Numbered from the stretch's first letter, positions 40,351 to 49,719 are shown. The stretch: 62,979 bases of DNA from an uncultured Pseudomonadota bacterium (GCA_902796345.1 CADBOF010000011.1:1-62979), one strand, 5' to 3'. Made by a program: numbers and translations. Notes: generated by a model from the sequence alone, not told the origin.

Positions 40351-41826
40351 ATGGAAAGCGTAAAATTCACAAATCAGTACGAACTTGCCGATTTTGATAC
40401 TTTCATACTTGTCACGAGTGATGTGAATACTGGTTTTTTGGAAGATAAAATCCAAGCGATTACTGGTTCAAAAATCAATTTGGAAAGTACTGTCAATACC
40501 GAGTGCAATGCAGTCAAACAATACAGCTTTATAAGCAATGGCAAAATTAAAGAAGTGATTATTGCGTATGCAGGAAAACTCGCAGACATTACAGATGTAT
40601 CTCTTGAAAAACTTGGAGGTTATGTATATAGCAAGATAAAAATTGACAATTCGCGAATTTGTGTACTAAATAACATTGAGGGTATAGGACATGAAACGAC
40701 TGCTTCTTTTATTGCATCCGGCGTTATTCTAAAATCCTGGCAATTTAATAAATACAAGACAGAGAAATCGTCAGTGAAAATTGCATCGTTAACTTGTATA
40801 ACAAATTATATTCAACAAAATGAAAGTAAGTATCCTGAGCTCAACGCGTTAATTCAATCGGTTTTTGACGTAAGGTCTATGGTTACTGAACCTGCAAATG
40901 TTTTAACTCCAACTGCACTAAAAAATATAGCTCTTGATCTAGAAGATTTAGGTGTTAACATATCGATTTTAGATTCTAAGGATATGGCAAAGTTAGGCAT
41001 GCATGCTTTATTAGGAGTTAGTAAAGGCAGTGATCAACCACCTTATACGGTAGTAATGGAATACCGCAACGGAAAAAAACAAGACAAAACTTTCGCCCTT
41101 GTTGGTAAAGGTGTAACCTTTGACGCTGGAGGTATCTGTATTAAACCAGCAAAAGGTATGTCCGAAATGAAAGGCGATATGACGGGGGCTGCGGTTGTAA
41201 TAGGCATAATTAAAGCTTTAGCTCTGCAGCAAGCACAAGTTAATGTTGTTGGTGCTATAGGGTTGGTTGAAAATACAATTTCAGGAAATGCACAGAAACC
41301 TGGCGATGTTGTCAAGGCAATGTCAGGAACAACTATTGAAGTTGATAATACCGACGCAGAAGGTCGTCTCGTCCTTGCAGACGTGTTATGGTACGTGCAA
41401 CAAAAATTTAATCCAAATATAGTTATTGATTTTGCGACATTGACAGGTGCTATACAGGTAGCTTTAGGGCACGAATTTGCCGGTTACATGTCAAATTGCG
41501 ATGAATTATCGCAACAACTCGAAATTGCTTCTCGTAATACAGGTGAAAAAATTTGGAGATTACCACTACATAAATCTTATGAAGATGATATAAAATCCGA
41601 TATTGCGGATATAAAAAATGTTGGCTCAGGTCGTGGAGCAGGTAGTATTACGGCAGCGATGTTTTTAAAGCACTTTATAAAAGATTGTACTCAGTGGGCA
41701 CACATAGATATAGCAGCAACAGAATGGGATAACAAAGACCGGGCTTTATCACAAAAGGGAGCCACTGGTTTCGGTGTTAGACTTATAAACGATTTCGTTA
41801 AGAACAATATAATGGACAGTGAATGA
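40351..41826 (+). CDS. pepA: Leucyl aminopeptidase (M17)
   Basis: VGKGVTFDAGGICIKP, MKGDMTGAA, NTDAEGRLVLAD signature. Confidence 0.9.
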   Translation: MESVKFTNQYELADFDTFILVTSDVNTGFLEDKIQAITGSKINLESTVNTECNAVKQYSFISNGKIKEVIIAYAGKLADITDVSLEKLGGYVYSKIKIDNSRICVLNNIEGIGHETTASFIASGVILKSWQFNKYKTEKSSVKIASLTCITNYIQQNESKYPELNALIQSVFDVRSMVTEPANVLTPTALKNIALDLEDLGVNISILDSKDMAKLGMHALLGVSKGSDQPPYTVVMEYRNGKKQDKTFALVGKGVTFDAGGICIKPAKGMSEMKGDMTGAAVVIGIIKALALQQAQVNVVGAIGLVENTISGNAQKPGDVVKAMSGTTIEVDNTDAEGRLVLADVLWYVQQKFNPNIVIDFATLTGAIQVALGHEFAGYMSNCDELSQQLEIASRNTGEKIWRLPLHKSYEDDIKSDIADIKNVGSGRGAGSITAAMFLKHFIKDCTQWAHIDIAATEWDNKDRALSQKGATGFGVRLINDFVKNNIMDSE

Positions 41827-43004
41827 AAGTTACCGTTAAGCAAAACATTCTAGCACAAGTACTTGCTCATGCTAATCGTATCGTAGAGAAACGATTAGCA
41901 ACTCCAGTTTTGGGATGTGTATTATTCGAAACGATAGATAATGAGCATATTAAAGTGACATCGACAAATCTCGACATGACGGTCGTAGATGTAACGCCAT
42001 GTTCTGCCGACTCAAAAGGCTCTTATTGTCTTCCTGCAAATTTGCTATATGATATTACAAAAAAATTAAATCTGAATTCTGAAATACTTCTTGAAAAAGC
42101 AGACGATACAAACACAATTGTTGTAAATAGCAATAAGGCAAGTTTTTCATTACATTATATCGAAAGTGGAGAATTTCCACCAATTGCGAAACAAGACAAT
42201 TTACTTTCGTTTGAATTGAAGGCGAGTATTCTCAAAAATGCATTAAATATTGTTAAAGTCTCTATGTCCCAGGATAACGCAAGAATTCAGCTTAATGGTG
42301 TTTATATGCATTACGAAAATGAGGATGGTTTTCACAAAATACGTGTTGTTGCTACGGATTTATTCAGAATTGCTTGTGTAAGTATTCCCGTATCGAATGA
42401 AGCAAAAGATATGCCACCTGTTATTGTATCGAGGCGTGCTGTTGGAGAACTGTTACACCTTTTGGACGACGTTGATGAGGCAGATTTTGTGATAGTAACA
42501 ATTCAAAACGGTCAAATAATGTTTGAAACATCATTAAAAAATGGCGTTCAATCTACGTATAGCACAAGACTTATAAGCGGAGCGTTCCCAGAATATAAAA
42601 TGGCTCTGAATGTTAATAACGACAAGGTGATGATTGTTGAGACAGCAAGTATTGTTGATGCCTTAGATCGAGTAAGTACAGTAATCTCTGATACATCAAA
42701 TTCCGTAAAACTAAGTATGGCAGGATCCTACCTAACACTTAGCGGAGTAAGTCGAGAGTTTGGTAGTGCTACTGAGAATTTAGAAATAGATTTTAAATCT
42801 GATGAACAATTGGATATATGTTTTAATAGTCGTTATTTACTTGAATTGCTAAAACAAGTTAATACGGATAAAGTATCAATTTCCTTTAATTCAAGTTCGT
42901 CACCGACCGTAATAAAACCAGTTATTGAAAAAGAAGATGAAAATAAATCAGGTGTAGATGAATCAACCTTTGTGATAATGCCAGTTGAGTTAATCCATAA
43001 TTAA
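41823..43004 (+). CDS. dnaN: DNA polymerase III subunit beta (sliding clamp)
   Basis: MKVTVKQNILAQVLAHANRIVEKRLATPVLGCVLFE...VTSTNLDMTV parallels the E. coli DnaN N-terminus. Three-domain length of 393 aa. ATGA overlap with pepA. Confidence 0.9.
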   Translation: MKVTVKQNILAQVLAHANRIVEKRLATPVLGCVLFETIDNEHIKVTSTNLDMTVVDVTPCSADSKGSYCLPANLLYDITKKLNLNSEILLEKADDTNTIVVNSNKASFSLHYIESGEFPPIAKQDNLLSFELKASILKNALNIVKVSMSQDNARIQLNGVYMHYENEDGFHKIRVVATDLFRIACVSIPVSNEAKDMPPVIVSRRAVGELLHLLDDVDEADFVIVTIQNGQIMFETSLKNGVQSTYSTRLISGAFPEYKMALNVNNDKVMIVETASIVDALDRVSTVISDTSNSVKLSMAGSYLTLSGVSREFGSATENLEIDFKSDEQLDICFNSRYLLELLKQVNTDKVSISFNSSSSPTVIKPVIEKEDENKSGVDESTFVIMPVELIHN

Positions 43005-43025
43005 TTACAAATTATTTTAAATAAA

Positions 43026-43060
43026 GGCTACCGAGCTTACTTTTATATCGGTAGTCTTTT
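43026..43060 (+). terminator. Intrinsic terminator-like hairpin plus T-tract after dnaN
   Basis: GGCTACCGA...TCGGTAGTC forms 9 bp including one G-U, with a 14-nt loop. It is followed by TTTT. Confidence 0.5.
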
Positions 43061-43086
43061 ACGTATATCATTTTTAGAAACAGTAT

Positions 43087-43740
43087 TCAAATTTTAATAT
43101 TTGTGCAATCTTTTTCAACACACGCAATAATTGAAATACCTGTTATCTCTTCACACATAATTTTGTTATCTCTATGCATCATATTATTTTCATCAAAATT
43201 ATTTAAAATAATTCCTTTTACATCTAAGCCCTGTTTTTTAATATATTCGCATGTCAAAACAGTGTTATTTATTGTTCCAAGACCAGCATCAGCAACAATT
43301 ATACAAGGCAAACCAAGCAGTTTTATTATATCGACCAAAAATATTTTTCTGTAATCGTAACGTATAGGACAAACTATTCCTCCACTGCCTTCAGCTACTA
43401 CAAAATCATACTTTTGACAAATTTTTTTATAAAATTCAGCGACCTTATTCAACTCAACCGGGAGATCCTCAATTTTTGACACAAGATGAGGAGAAAATGC
43501 CTGTTCATACACATAAGGACACATTTCATCCAAAGGTTGTGCAATACCCGATACTGTTTTAACGTGCAAAGCATCTCCAGGTATTAGTTTTCCGTTGGTA
43601 TCTCGTTTATTACCACTCATCGCAGTTTTGAAGTACGCAACATTAATACCTTGTTCATACAATTTTTTTACAAGCAATCCAGCTATGTAAGTTTTACCTA
43701 CATCTGTGCCTGTTCCAGTTATAAAAATTCCTTTACTCAT
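43087..43740 (-). CDS. bioD: Dethiobiotin synthase
   Basis: MSKGIFITGTGTDVGKT (compare E. coli MSKRYFVTGTDTEVGKT) and ...VAEGSGG... Start at ATG 43740 gives an 8-nt overlap with bioB. The ORF-track start is 43758. Confidence 0.9.
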   Translation of the reverse strand: MSKGIFITGTGTDVGKTYIAGLLVKKLYEQGINVAYFKTAMSGNKRDTNGKLIPGDALHVKTVSGIAQPLDEMCPYVYEQAFSPHLVSKIEDLPVELNKVAEFYKKICQKYDFVVAEGSGGIVCPIRYDYRKIFLVDIIKLLGLPCIIVADAGLGTINNTVLTCEYIKKQGLDVKGIILNNFDENNMMHRDNKIMCEEITGISIIACVEKDCTNIKI

Positions 43741-44710
43741 TAATATTGACCTTTTCAACTGAAAAACCCAATTCTTTAAACATTTTTATGTCATCATTTA
43801 TATTATTTCCTGAAGTTGTCAGCATATCGCCAGTTATTGCTGAATTACATCCGGATTTAAAGGCTTGTTTTCCACAATCTTTGACTAAATTACGACCGGC
43901 AGCAAAACGTATATCAGCTTCTGGATTTATATACCGAAATATTGCCATAGTTCTTAAAATGTCGTTTTCTGATATTCGTTTTATATTAGCAAAAGGTGTG
44001 CCTTTTATTGGTATAAGAGCGTTAATTGGTATCGATTTAACACCAAGCTCAGATAAACTTATTGCCATATCAATCCTATCATCCCATGTTTCACCCATAC
44101 CTATTATTCCACATGAACAAATTTCAAACCCAATTTCTTTAGCTCTTCGTATGCAATTAATCTTGTCGTCATATGTGTGAGTTGTACAAATATTAGGGAA
44201 ATTCCTACGCGATGTTTCTATATTACAGTGATAACGTCTTACTCCTACCTCATAAAGTTGCTTAAACTGTTCGGAAGTTAGCAACCCCATTGATGCACAA
44301 AGACCTATACAACACTCATGTTTCAATCGTTTATAAACTGATAATGCTTTTTTAAAATCGTTTCCACAAATAGCACGCCCTGCAGTGACTATTGCAAATT
44401 TATGAACTCCTCGGCGTTCATTGTGCTTGCATTCTGCAAGTATTTTTTCTTCATCAAGAAAACCGTACTCTTTAATTCCAGTGCAGTTATATATTGATTG
44501 AGCACAGAATTTACAATTTTCAGAACATCTTCCACTCCGTCCATTAATTATTGAACAGAGATCAATATTATTTCCACATAATTTACTACGTATAATATCA
44601 GCACCTTTACAAAGGTCGTCTAAATAGCAAGTTATAAAAAAGTTCGTTTCATCTTCACGTTTAATTCTGTATCCATTTATTATGTCCTCTGCAAGTTTTA
44701 ATACATTCAT
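43733..44710 (-). CDS. bioB: Biotin synthase (radical SAM)
   Basis: CSENCKFCAQS (CxxxCxxC), plus further Cys ligands and GETWDDR. ATG 44710 forms an ATGA overlap with the bioA stop. Confidence 0.95.
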   Translation of the reverse strand: MNVLKLAEDIINGYRIKREDETNFFITCYLDDLCKGADIIRSKLCGNNIDLCSIINGRSGRCSENCKFCAQSIYNCTGIKEYGFLDEEKILAECKHNERRGVHKFAIVTAGRAICGNDFKKALSVYKRLKHECCIGLCASMGLLTSEQFKQLYEVGVRRYHCNIETSRRNFPNICTTHTYDDKINCIRRAKEIGFEICSCGIIGMGETWDDRIDMAISLSELGVKSIPINALIPIKGTPFANIKRISENDILRTMAIFRYINPEADIRFAAGRNLVKDCGKQAFKSGCNSAITGDMLTTSGNNINDDIKMFKELGFSVEKVNINE

Positions 44711-45900
44711 CTCAAAAACCACGCCTTCATTGTGTCAGTAATTTTAACAAGATCTTCATCATCTATTATGTAAGGAGGCATTGTATACATACAGTTAAGA
44801 AACGGTCTTGAAAACACCCCATTATCATAAGCGAACTGTTTAAAGCCATTGAGTGTTGATTTATCAAAAACTTCAATACAAAGACACGCTCCAATGATGC
44901 GTATTTCTTTTATTCTTGGATCTGCAAAATTCTCTGTCTCACGTTTTAAAATTTCAGATATCTTTTTTATTTTTTCTAAGTAATTATTTCTTTCAAAAAG
45001 TTCAATTGATTTTAAAGCTACACAACAGGCAAGAGCGTTTCCCATAAATGTGGGACCATGCATCAATGCATGTGTTGGCTCATCATCGTAAAACCCATCC
45101 CAAACACGTTTATTTGCAACAGTTACAGCATGTCCAATATATCCACCAGTCAGTGCTTTGCCAAGTACTATTATGTCCGGCTGAACAAGATCGGCAACAA
45201 AACGGTTTCCTGTGCGACCAAAACCTGTAGCAACTTCATCAAATATAAACAAAACATCGTATTCATCACATAGTCGCCTCGCTCTTTTGAGAAATGCAAC
45301 ATCATACATTCTCATACCGCCAGCACCTTGTAGAAGTGGCTCAACTATGAAACATGTTAATTGTTCTCCAAAATCAGCAAACGCCTTTTCAAGAGCATGA
45401 ACGGTTGTAGGGATATGTATTATATTGTCCTTTTCCTTGCCAAACGCAAAATGATAATCATTATCGTCACCTACTTCCATGGTTTTAAAAGTATCTCCGT
45501 GATAAGCATGTTCCAAAGCTAAAATTTTGTTACGAGTTGAATTACGGTTTGTATTAAACTGCAATGCCATTTTTAATGCAACCTCAACAGCGACACTGCC
45601 GGAATCGGAAAAAAAACAGTAATCAAGATCTTCCGGTAACCATTCAGATAACTTTGCTGAAAGTTTCTGTACAGGATCGTGAGTTAATCCTCCAAGCATT
45701 ACGTGAGAAAAATTATTAACTTGTTGAGTAATTGCGTTGTTTAATTCTGAATTGTTGTATCCGTGAATAACACACCACCAGGAAGATATAGAATCGATAA
45801 GATCATTCCCTGTTTCTGTATACAAATGAACTCCTTTTGCATGGCTTATTTTTATCGGGGGTTCGGCTGTTTTCATTTGACAATATGGATACCAAATCAT
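44707..45900 (-). CDS. bioA: Adenosylmethionine-8-amino-7-oxononanoate aminotransferase
   Basis: IWYPYCQM, SSWWCVIHGYNN, SGSVAVEVALKMA, FDEVATGFGRTG, GKALTGGY (PLP Lys), HGPTFMGN. Confidence 0.9.
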   Translation of the reverse strand: MIWYPYCQMKTAEPPIKISHAKGVHLYTETGNDLIDSISSWWCVIHGYNNSELNNAITQQVNNFSHVMLGGLTHDPVQKLSAKLSEWLPEDLDYCFFSDSGSVAVEVALKMALQFNTNRNSTRNKILALEHAYHGDTFKTMEVGDDNDYHFAFGKEKDNIIHIPTTVHALEKAFADFGEQLTCFIVEPLLQGAGGMRMYDVAFLKRARRLCDEYDVLFIFDEVATGFGRTGNRFVADLVQPDIIVLGKALTGGYIGHAVTVANKRVWDGFYDDEPTHALMHGPTFMGNALACCVALKSIELFERNNYLEKIKKISEILKRETENFADPRIKEIRIIGACLCIEVFDKSTLNGFKQFAYDNGVFSRPFLNCMYTMPPYIIDDEDLVKITDTMKAWFLR

Positions 45901-46392
45901 TTTTAATAAATTCCTATCAAAGCCTCACTCAATGTAATATGAAAATTGACTTACGTCAACATATTGCTCAAAAAATGAACAATTTACTCTAATATCACCA
46001 AATTTTAATTTTGTGTACTATTTTTTTGGTACAAATTCTTTCAACACAAAAAATAAACACAGTGTTCAAGATAATATGTTAAAATAACATAGAAGTTTGT
46101 TATGTATGTGATCTGTTACCCTGAGTTTCAGGTTGTTCATACATCTTACGTGGGAGATTAATTATGCATCATCACCATAATAGACAGTTTGTAACTAGCA
46201 TGATAAATATCAAAACTGTATCCTTAGGCATCGTTTTTGTATCCACAATCGAGGTATGTAAAAATACCATATAAAGAGCTTTTGTCTTTTACTTGACGTT
46301 TACTTAAAAATATTTTTCAATACATCTTGCATTCTTCTCAAGATTTGACATACTAGTTGTATTAGGGTTTGTTACATTTTGGATATAAAAAA

Positions 46393-47616
46393 ATGGACGT
46401 GACAATAAAACCGTTTTTTGCGATTGTTATATGCTGGATGTTCTACCTATTTGCATTTTTTGCACGTGTAGAGCCTGGAGTACTAACGAACGATTTAATG
46501 AAAGAATTTTCATTAAATGCCACTCAAGTTGGAGCAATTGTATCAACATTGTATATTCCATATGTTGCTATGCAGTTACCTTGGGGATTAATTTCTGACA
46601 AGTTGGGAAGTAGATTAGTAATATTCGTATGTTGCACTGTGTGCGGGATAGGTGTTTTAACTTTCGGTCTCGCGACGGCACCATGGCAGTTGAGTTGTGG
46701 ACGCTTTCTAATAGGTCTTTCTGCCGCCGGAGCTTTTCTATCATGTGGAAAAGTCGTTTCAGAAGTGATGCCACCAAATAAGTATGCATTATTCATGGGA
46801 GTAACAACTTTTATAGGTTCACTAGGTGGTGTGTTGGGAAGTGGAATTACGGCCAACCTTGCTGAAAAACTCGGATGGAGACCGTTGACTTGTTCTATTG
46901 CAATTATCGGCATAATAACTGGGTTGTTGGCTTTTATCTTTGTAAAAAAAGGAACGTCAAATTCAACTTCCAAAAAAGAAAATATTTTGGAAGGCATAAA
47001 GTTATTAAGCTCAAATCCAAGTGCATGGCTCATAGGGTTTTATGGATGTGCATCATTTTTGCCATTAAGTGCTGTTGCTGAATTATGGGGTACGCCTTTT
47101 ATACAAGCAAGATTTGGAGTTTCAACGTCTTATGCTTCAATTTGTTCGTCGGTAATATTTGTATGCTTCGGTGCTGGAAGTATTTTGGCTGCCAAAATTG
47201 CAGAAAAGTTAAATAGCAATAAAAAAGCATGTGTATTGATGGCAATCGGTTTGCTTGTTTCTTTTGCAACAGCCATTTACGTGGATGCCCTCAATTTTTG
47301 GTCATGTGTAGTTTTGTTTGGGTTAGGAAGTACCTTTGCAGGTTCTTCAACATTGACGTTTGATATGGCTTACAAATGTGTACCAAACAGTTATGCAGGA
47401 ACATCTGCTGGCTTTAACAATATGCTTATAATGCTCAGCGGAATTGTGTTTCAACCTTTGCTCGGAAGATTATTAGATTTTTTTAGAGCTGGAAAAGTAA
47501 ATCCTGATGGCACACCATTATACGAACTTGCTTCATACAGAAGTGCATTTATTCTAATAATAGTTGTTGTTGCTCTTGCGACAATCAGCATGATTTTTGT
47601 AAAAGAACGCAAGTAG
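46393..47616 (+). CDS. MFS transporter, substrate unknown
   Basis: About 12 TM segments. The MFS loop motif GLISDKLGSRLV lies between TM2 and TM3. Start taken at ATG 46393. The ORF-track TTG is at 46369. Confidence 0.7.
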   Translation: MDVTIKPFFAIVICWMFYLFAFFARVEPGVLTNDLMKEFSLNATQVGAIVSTLYIPYVAMQLPWGLISDKLGSRLVIFVCCTVCGIGVLTFGLATAPWQLSCGRFLIGLSAAGAFLSCGKVVSEVMPPNKYALFMGVTTFIGSLGGVLGSGITANLAEKLGWRPLTCSIAIIGIITGLLAFIFVKKGTSNSTSKKENILEGIKLLSSNPSAWLIGFYGCASFLPLSAVAELWGTPFIQARFGVSTSYASICSSVIFVCFGAGSILAAKIAEKLNSNKKACVLMAIGLLVSFATAIYVDALNFWSCVVLFGLGSTFAGSSTLTFDMAYKCVPNSYAGTSAGFNNMLIMLSGIVFQPLLGRLLDFFRAGKVNPDGTPLYELASYRSAFILIIVVVALATISMIFVKERK

Positions 47617-47628
47617 TCTGTTATTCGT

Positions 47629-47653
47629 TTTTGGCGGACGTTGTCCGCCGAAA
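47629..47653. other. GC-rich perfect hairpin between the convergent MFS and tmk genes (possible bidirectional terminator or RNA-stabilising element)
   Basis: GGCGGAC-GTT-GTCCGCC at 47633-47649. The stem is extendable through the flanks TTTTG / CGAAA. No free U-tract lies 3' of the stem on either strand. Confidence 0.4.
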
Positions 47654-47665
47654 TGCATACTCAAT

Positions 47666-48298
47666 TCAATTAAAATTATTTAAATATTTAAATCTGAGTT
47701 CTTGTATTATAGACGTTTGAACTTCCACCTCTGATTTCGTCCCATCAATTACAAGGTATCGATCGGATGATTTGGAGATTGATAAATACCCATTTCTAAC
47801 AGATTTATGAAATTCCAAAGCTTTGTTTTCAAAACGTAAGTCTGTATTGTTTTTCTTGGCAAATGATCGCTTTAATCCGGTAACAGGGTCAATATCAATA
47901 ATAACGGTGCAGTCAGGATGTGTTCCATTCGTAATTTTCTCGTATATACCGTTCACCAAGTATGTGTCACAACCTCCGCATATACATTGGTAAACAATGG
48001 TTGAATCATGAAAACGATCACAAATGACAATGCTTCCTGCATCTAACGCAGGTTTTATACAATTAAACCAATGATCGGACCGTGCTGTCATAAATATCAA
48101 CATTTCTGTATAAATGTTTAACTGTTTATTGCCTCTCACAACGATATCACGTAGTTTTTCTGCTATTTCAGTTCCTCCAGGCTCTCTTGTGAGAATTACA
48201 TGATGCCCGTTATTTTTAAAATACTCGTAAAGCAACCGTGCTTGCGTACTTTTCCCACTTCCTTCCCCACCTTCGAATGTTATAAAGAAGCCACGCAT
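47666..48298 (-). CDS. tmk: dTMP (thymidylate) kinase
   Basis: MRGFFITFEGGEGSGKSTQ and DRF...ST..YQ motifs. Confidence 0.9.
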   Translation of the reverse strand: MRGFFITFEGGEGSGKSTQARLLYEYFKNNGHHVILTREPGGTEIAEKLRDIVVRGNKQLNIYTEMLIFMTARSDHWFNCIKPALDAGSIVICDRFHDSTIVYQCICGGCDTYLVNGIYEKITNGTHPDCTVIIDIDPVTGLKRSFAKKNNTDLRFENKALEFHKSVRNGYLSISKSSDRYLVIDGTKSEVEVQTSIIQELRFKYLNNFN

Positions 48299-48301
48299 AT
48301 T

Positions 48302-48832
48302 TTATCCTTGGATTTCATTCTTAGAAATAAAACTATTTTCAATCTCAGATATCGCACTTTTTGCAATGAAATCAGCATTATTATTGTTTTCACAGTCGGA
48401 ATGCCCTTTAACCCAATTCCAACTTATATTTTTGTTCTGTGCTACGTCATCGAGTTTTTTCCATAGGTCGATATTTTTTACAGGTTTATTGTCCGCGGTT
48501 TTCCAATTGTTAAGCTTCCAACTTTTTAACCACACAGTTATGCCGTTTTTTACATAGCTACTGTCAGTGTAGATGACTATACGAACATAATCAGGTAATG
48601 TGTTAATTGCTTGTATAGCAGCTGTAAGTTCCATTCTGTTATTCGTTGTACTAAGTTCATTTCCGGATAAAATTACACGGTTATTTTTGAATAATAAAAT
48701 TGCACCCCAACCTCCAGCTCCAGGATTACCCTTACATGAGCCGTCAGTGTAAATTTCAATAATATCATTCGGTTGAAGTATTTCTAAAAATTTGTCGAGA
48801 CTAATGTCAGACATTATAAATTCATTCTTCAT
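48302..48832 (-). CDS. rnhA: Ribonuclease HI
   Basis: IYTDGSCKGNPGAGGWGAIL, TNNRMELTAAI, IYTDSSYV, WVKGHSD..NN.AD. The start may be the second Met at 48814. Confidence 0.9.
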   Translation of the reverse strand: MKNEFIMSDISLDKFLEILQPNDIIEIYTDGSCKGNPGAGGWGAILLFKNNRVILSGNELSTTNNRMELTAAIQAINTLPDYVRIVIYTDSSYVKNGITVWLKSWKLNNWKTADNKPVKNIDLWKKLDDVAQNKNISWNWVKGHSDCENNNNADFIAKSAISEIENSFISKNEIQG

Positions 48833-48905
48833 TATTATATGATATTTAAATTATTTTTATGGTAATATTATATCAATCAATTACATCGTCTGACAAGGAT
48901 CGCTA

Positions 48906-49592
48906 TTAAGTCATTGGGCAATAATCGTGAAGTGGGCATGTTCTGCATTTTGGATTGTGAGCTTTACACACGTATCGACCATGTAGAACAAGTAAATCAC
49001 TTATTTCTGAATGGAAGTTTGACGGAATATTTTTATAAAGCTCGTTTTCAATTTCAAGTGGAGTTTTTGCTTTATCAGAAACTAAGCGTAATCTGTGTGT
49101 CAACCTAATTACGTGAGTATCAACCGCAATGTACGGATCTTTATACAATTTATTCGTAATAACATTTGCGCTTTTCCGACCTATTCCTGGAAGTGTTTCC
49201 AATATATCGCGATTACGCGGAACTTGTGAATTGTATTGATTCACAAGTATTTTTGATAACTCTATAATGTGTTTAGCTTTTGTGTTATATAGTCCTATAC
49301 TTTTTATATACGGACGAATCCCATCAATTCCCAATTGAAGCATTGCTTCTGGATTATCTACTATTTTGAATAGCTTTGCTGTTGCTTTGTTAACTGATTT
49401 GTCGGTCGCCTGTGCTGATAGCAACACCGCTACTAAAAATGTGTATGAATTTGTATATTCTAATTCAGTCGTTGCGTTAGGATACGTTCTCTCCAAGACT
49501 TTGATTACTTTTGATGCATATTGATGTATTGACATTTCTATTAGCCAGTTTTCTTTATCAATACACCTTTCGAATATTGTGTATATTGCCAT
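48906..49592 (-). CDS. nth: Endonuclease III
   Basis: HhH-GPD (LPGIGRKSANV), the catalytic region, and the 4Fe-4S cluster loop CKAHNPKCRTCPLHDYC. Confidence 0.9.
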   Translation of the reverse strand: MAIYTIFERCIDKENWLIEMSIHQYASKVIKVLERTYPNATTELEYTNSYTFLVAVLLSAQATDKSVNKATAKLFKIVDNPEAMLQLGIDGIRPYIKSIGLYNTKAKHIIELSKILVNQYNSQVPRNRDILETLPGIGRKSANVITNKLYKDPYIAVDTHVIRLTHRLRLVSDKAKTPLEIENELYKNIPSNFHSEISDLLVLHGRYVCKAHNPKCRTCPLHDYCPMT

Positions 49593-49648
49593 TGTAAATT
49601 TTTAGTATCGTTTCCCTAACAATAATTTTTGCACGAGTTTCTCTCGCC

Positions 49649-49688
49649 AAAAAAAGCTTATCGTAATCAAAACTACGACAAGCTTTTT
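49649..49688 (-). terminator. Intrinsic terminator downstream of mucR
   Basis: On the minus strand, AAGCTTGTCGTA-GTTTTGAT-TACGATAAGCTT is followed by a run of 7 T. It lies about 30 nt after the mucR stop. Confidence 0.6.
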
Positions 49689-49719
49689 AATTCGTTCAAA
49701 CAAACGATTTAGAAAAATA

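Noticed and set aside
43087-45900. Identity with the laterally transferred six-gene biotin operon of obligate intracellular microbes
   Set aside because: Only bioA, bioB and bioD are present, in a different order and all on one strand. Nothing in the sequence alone indicates recent transfer.
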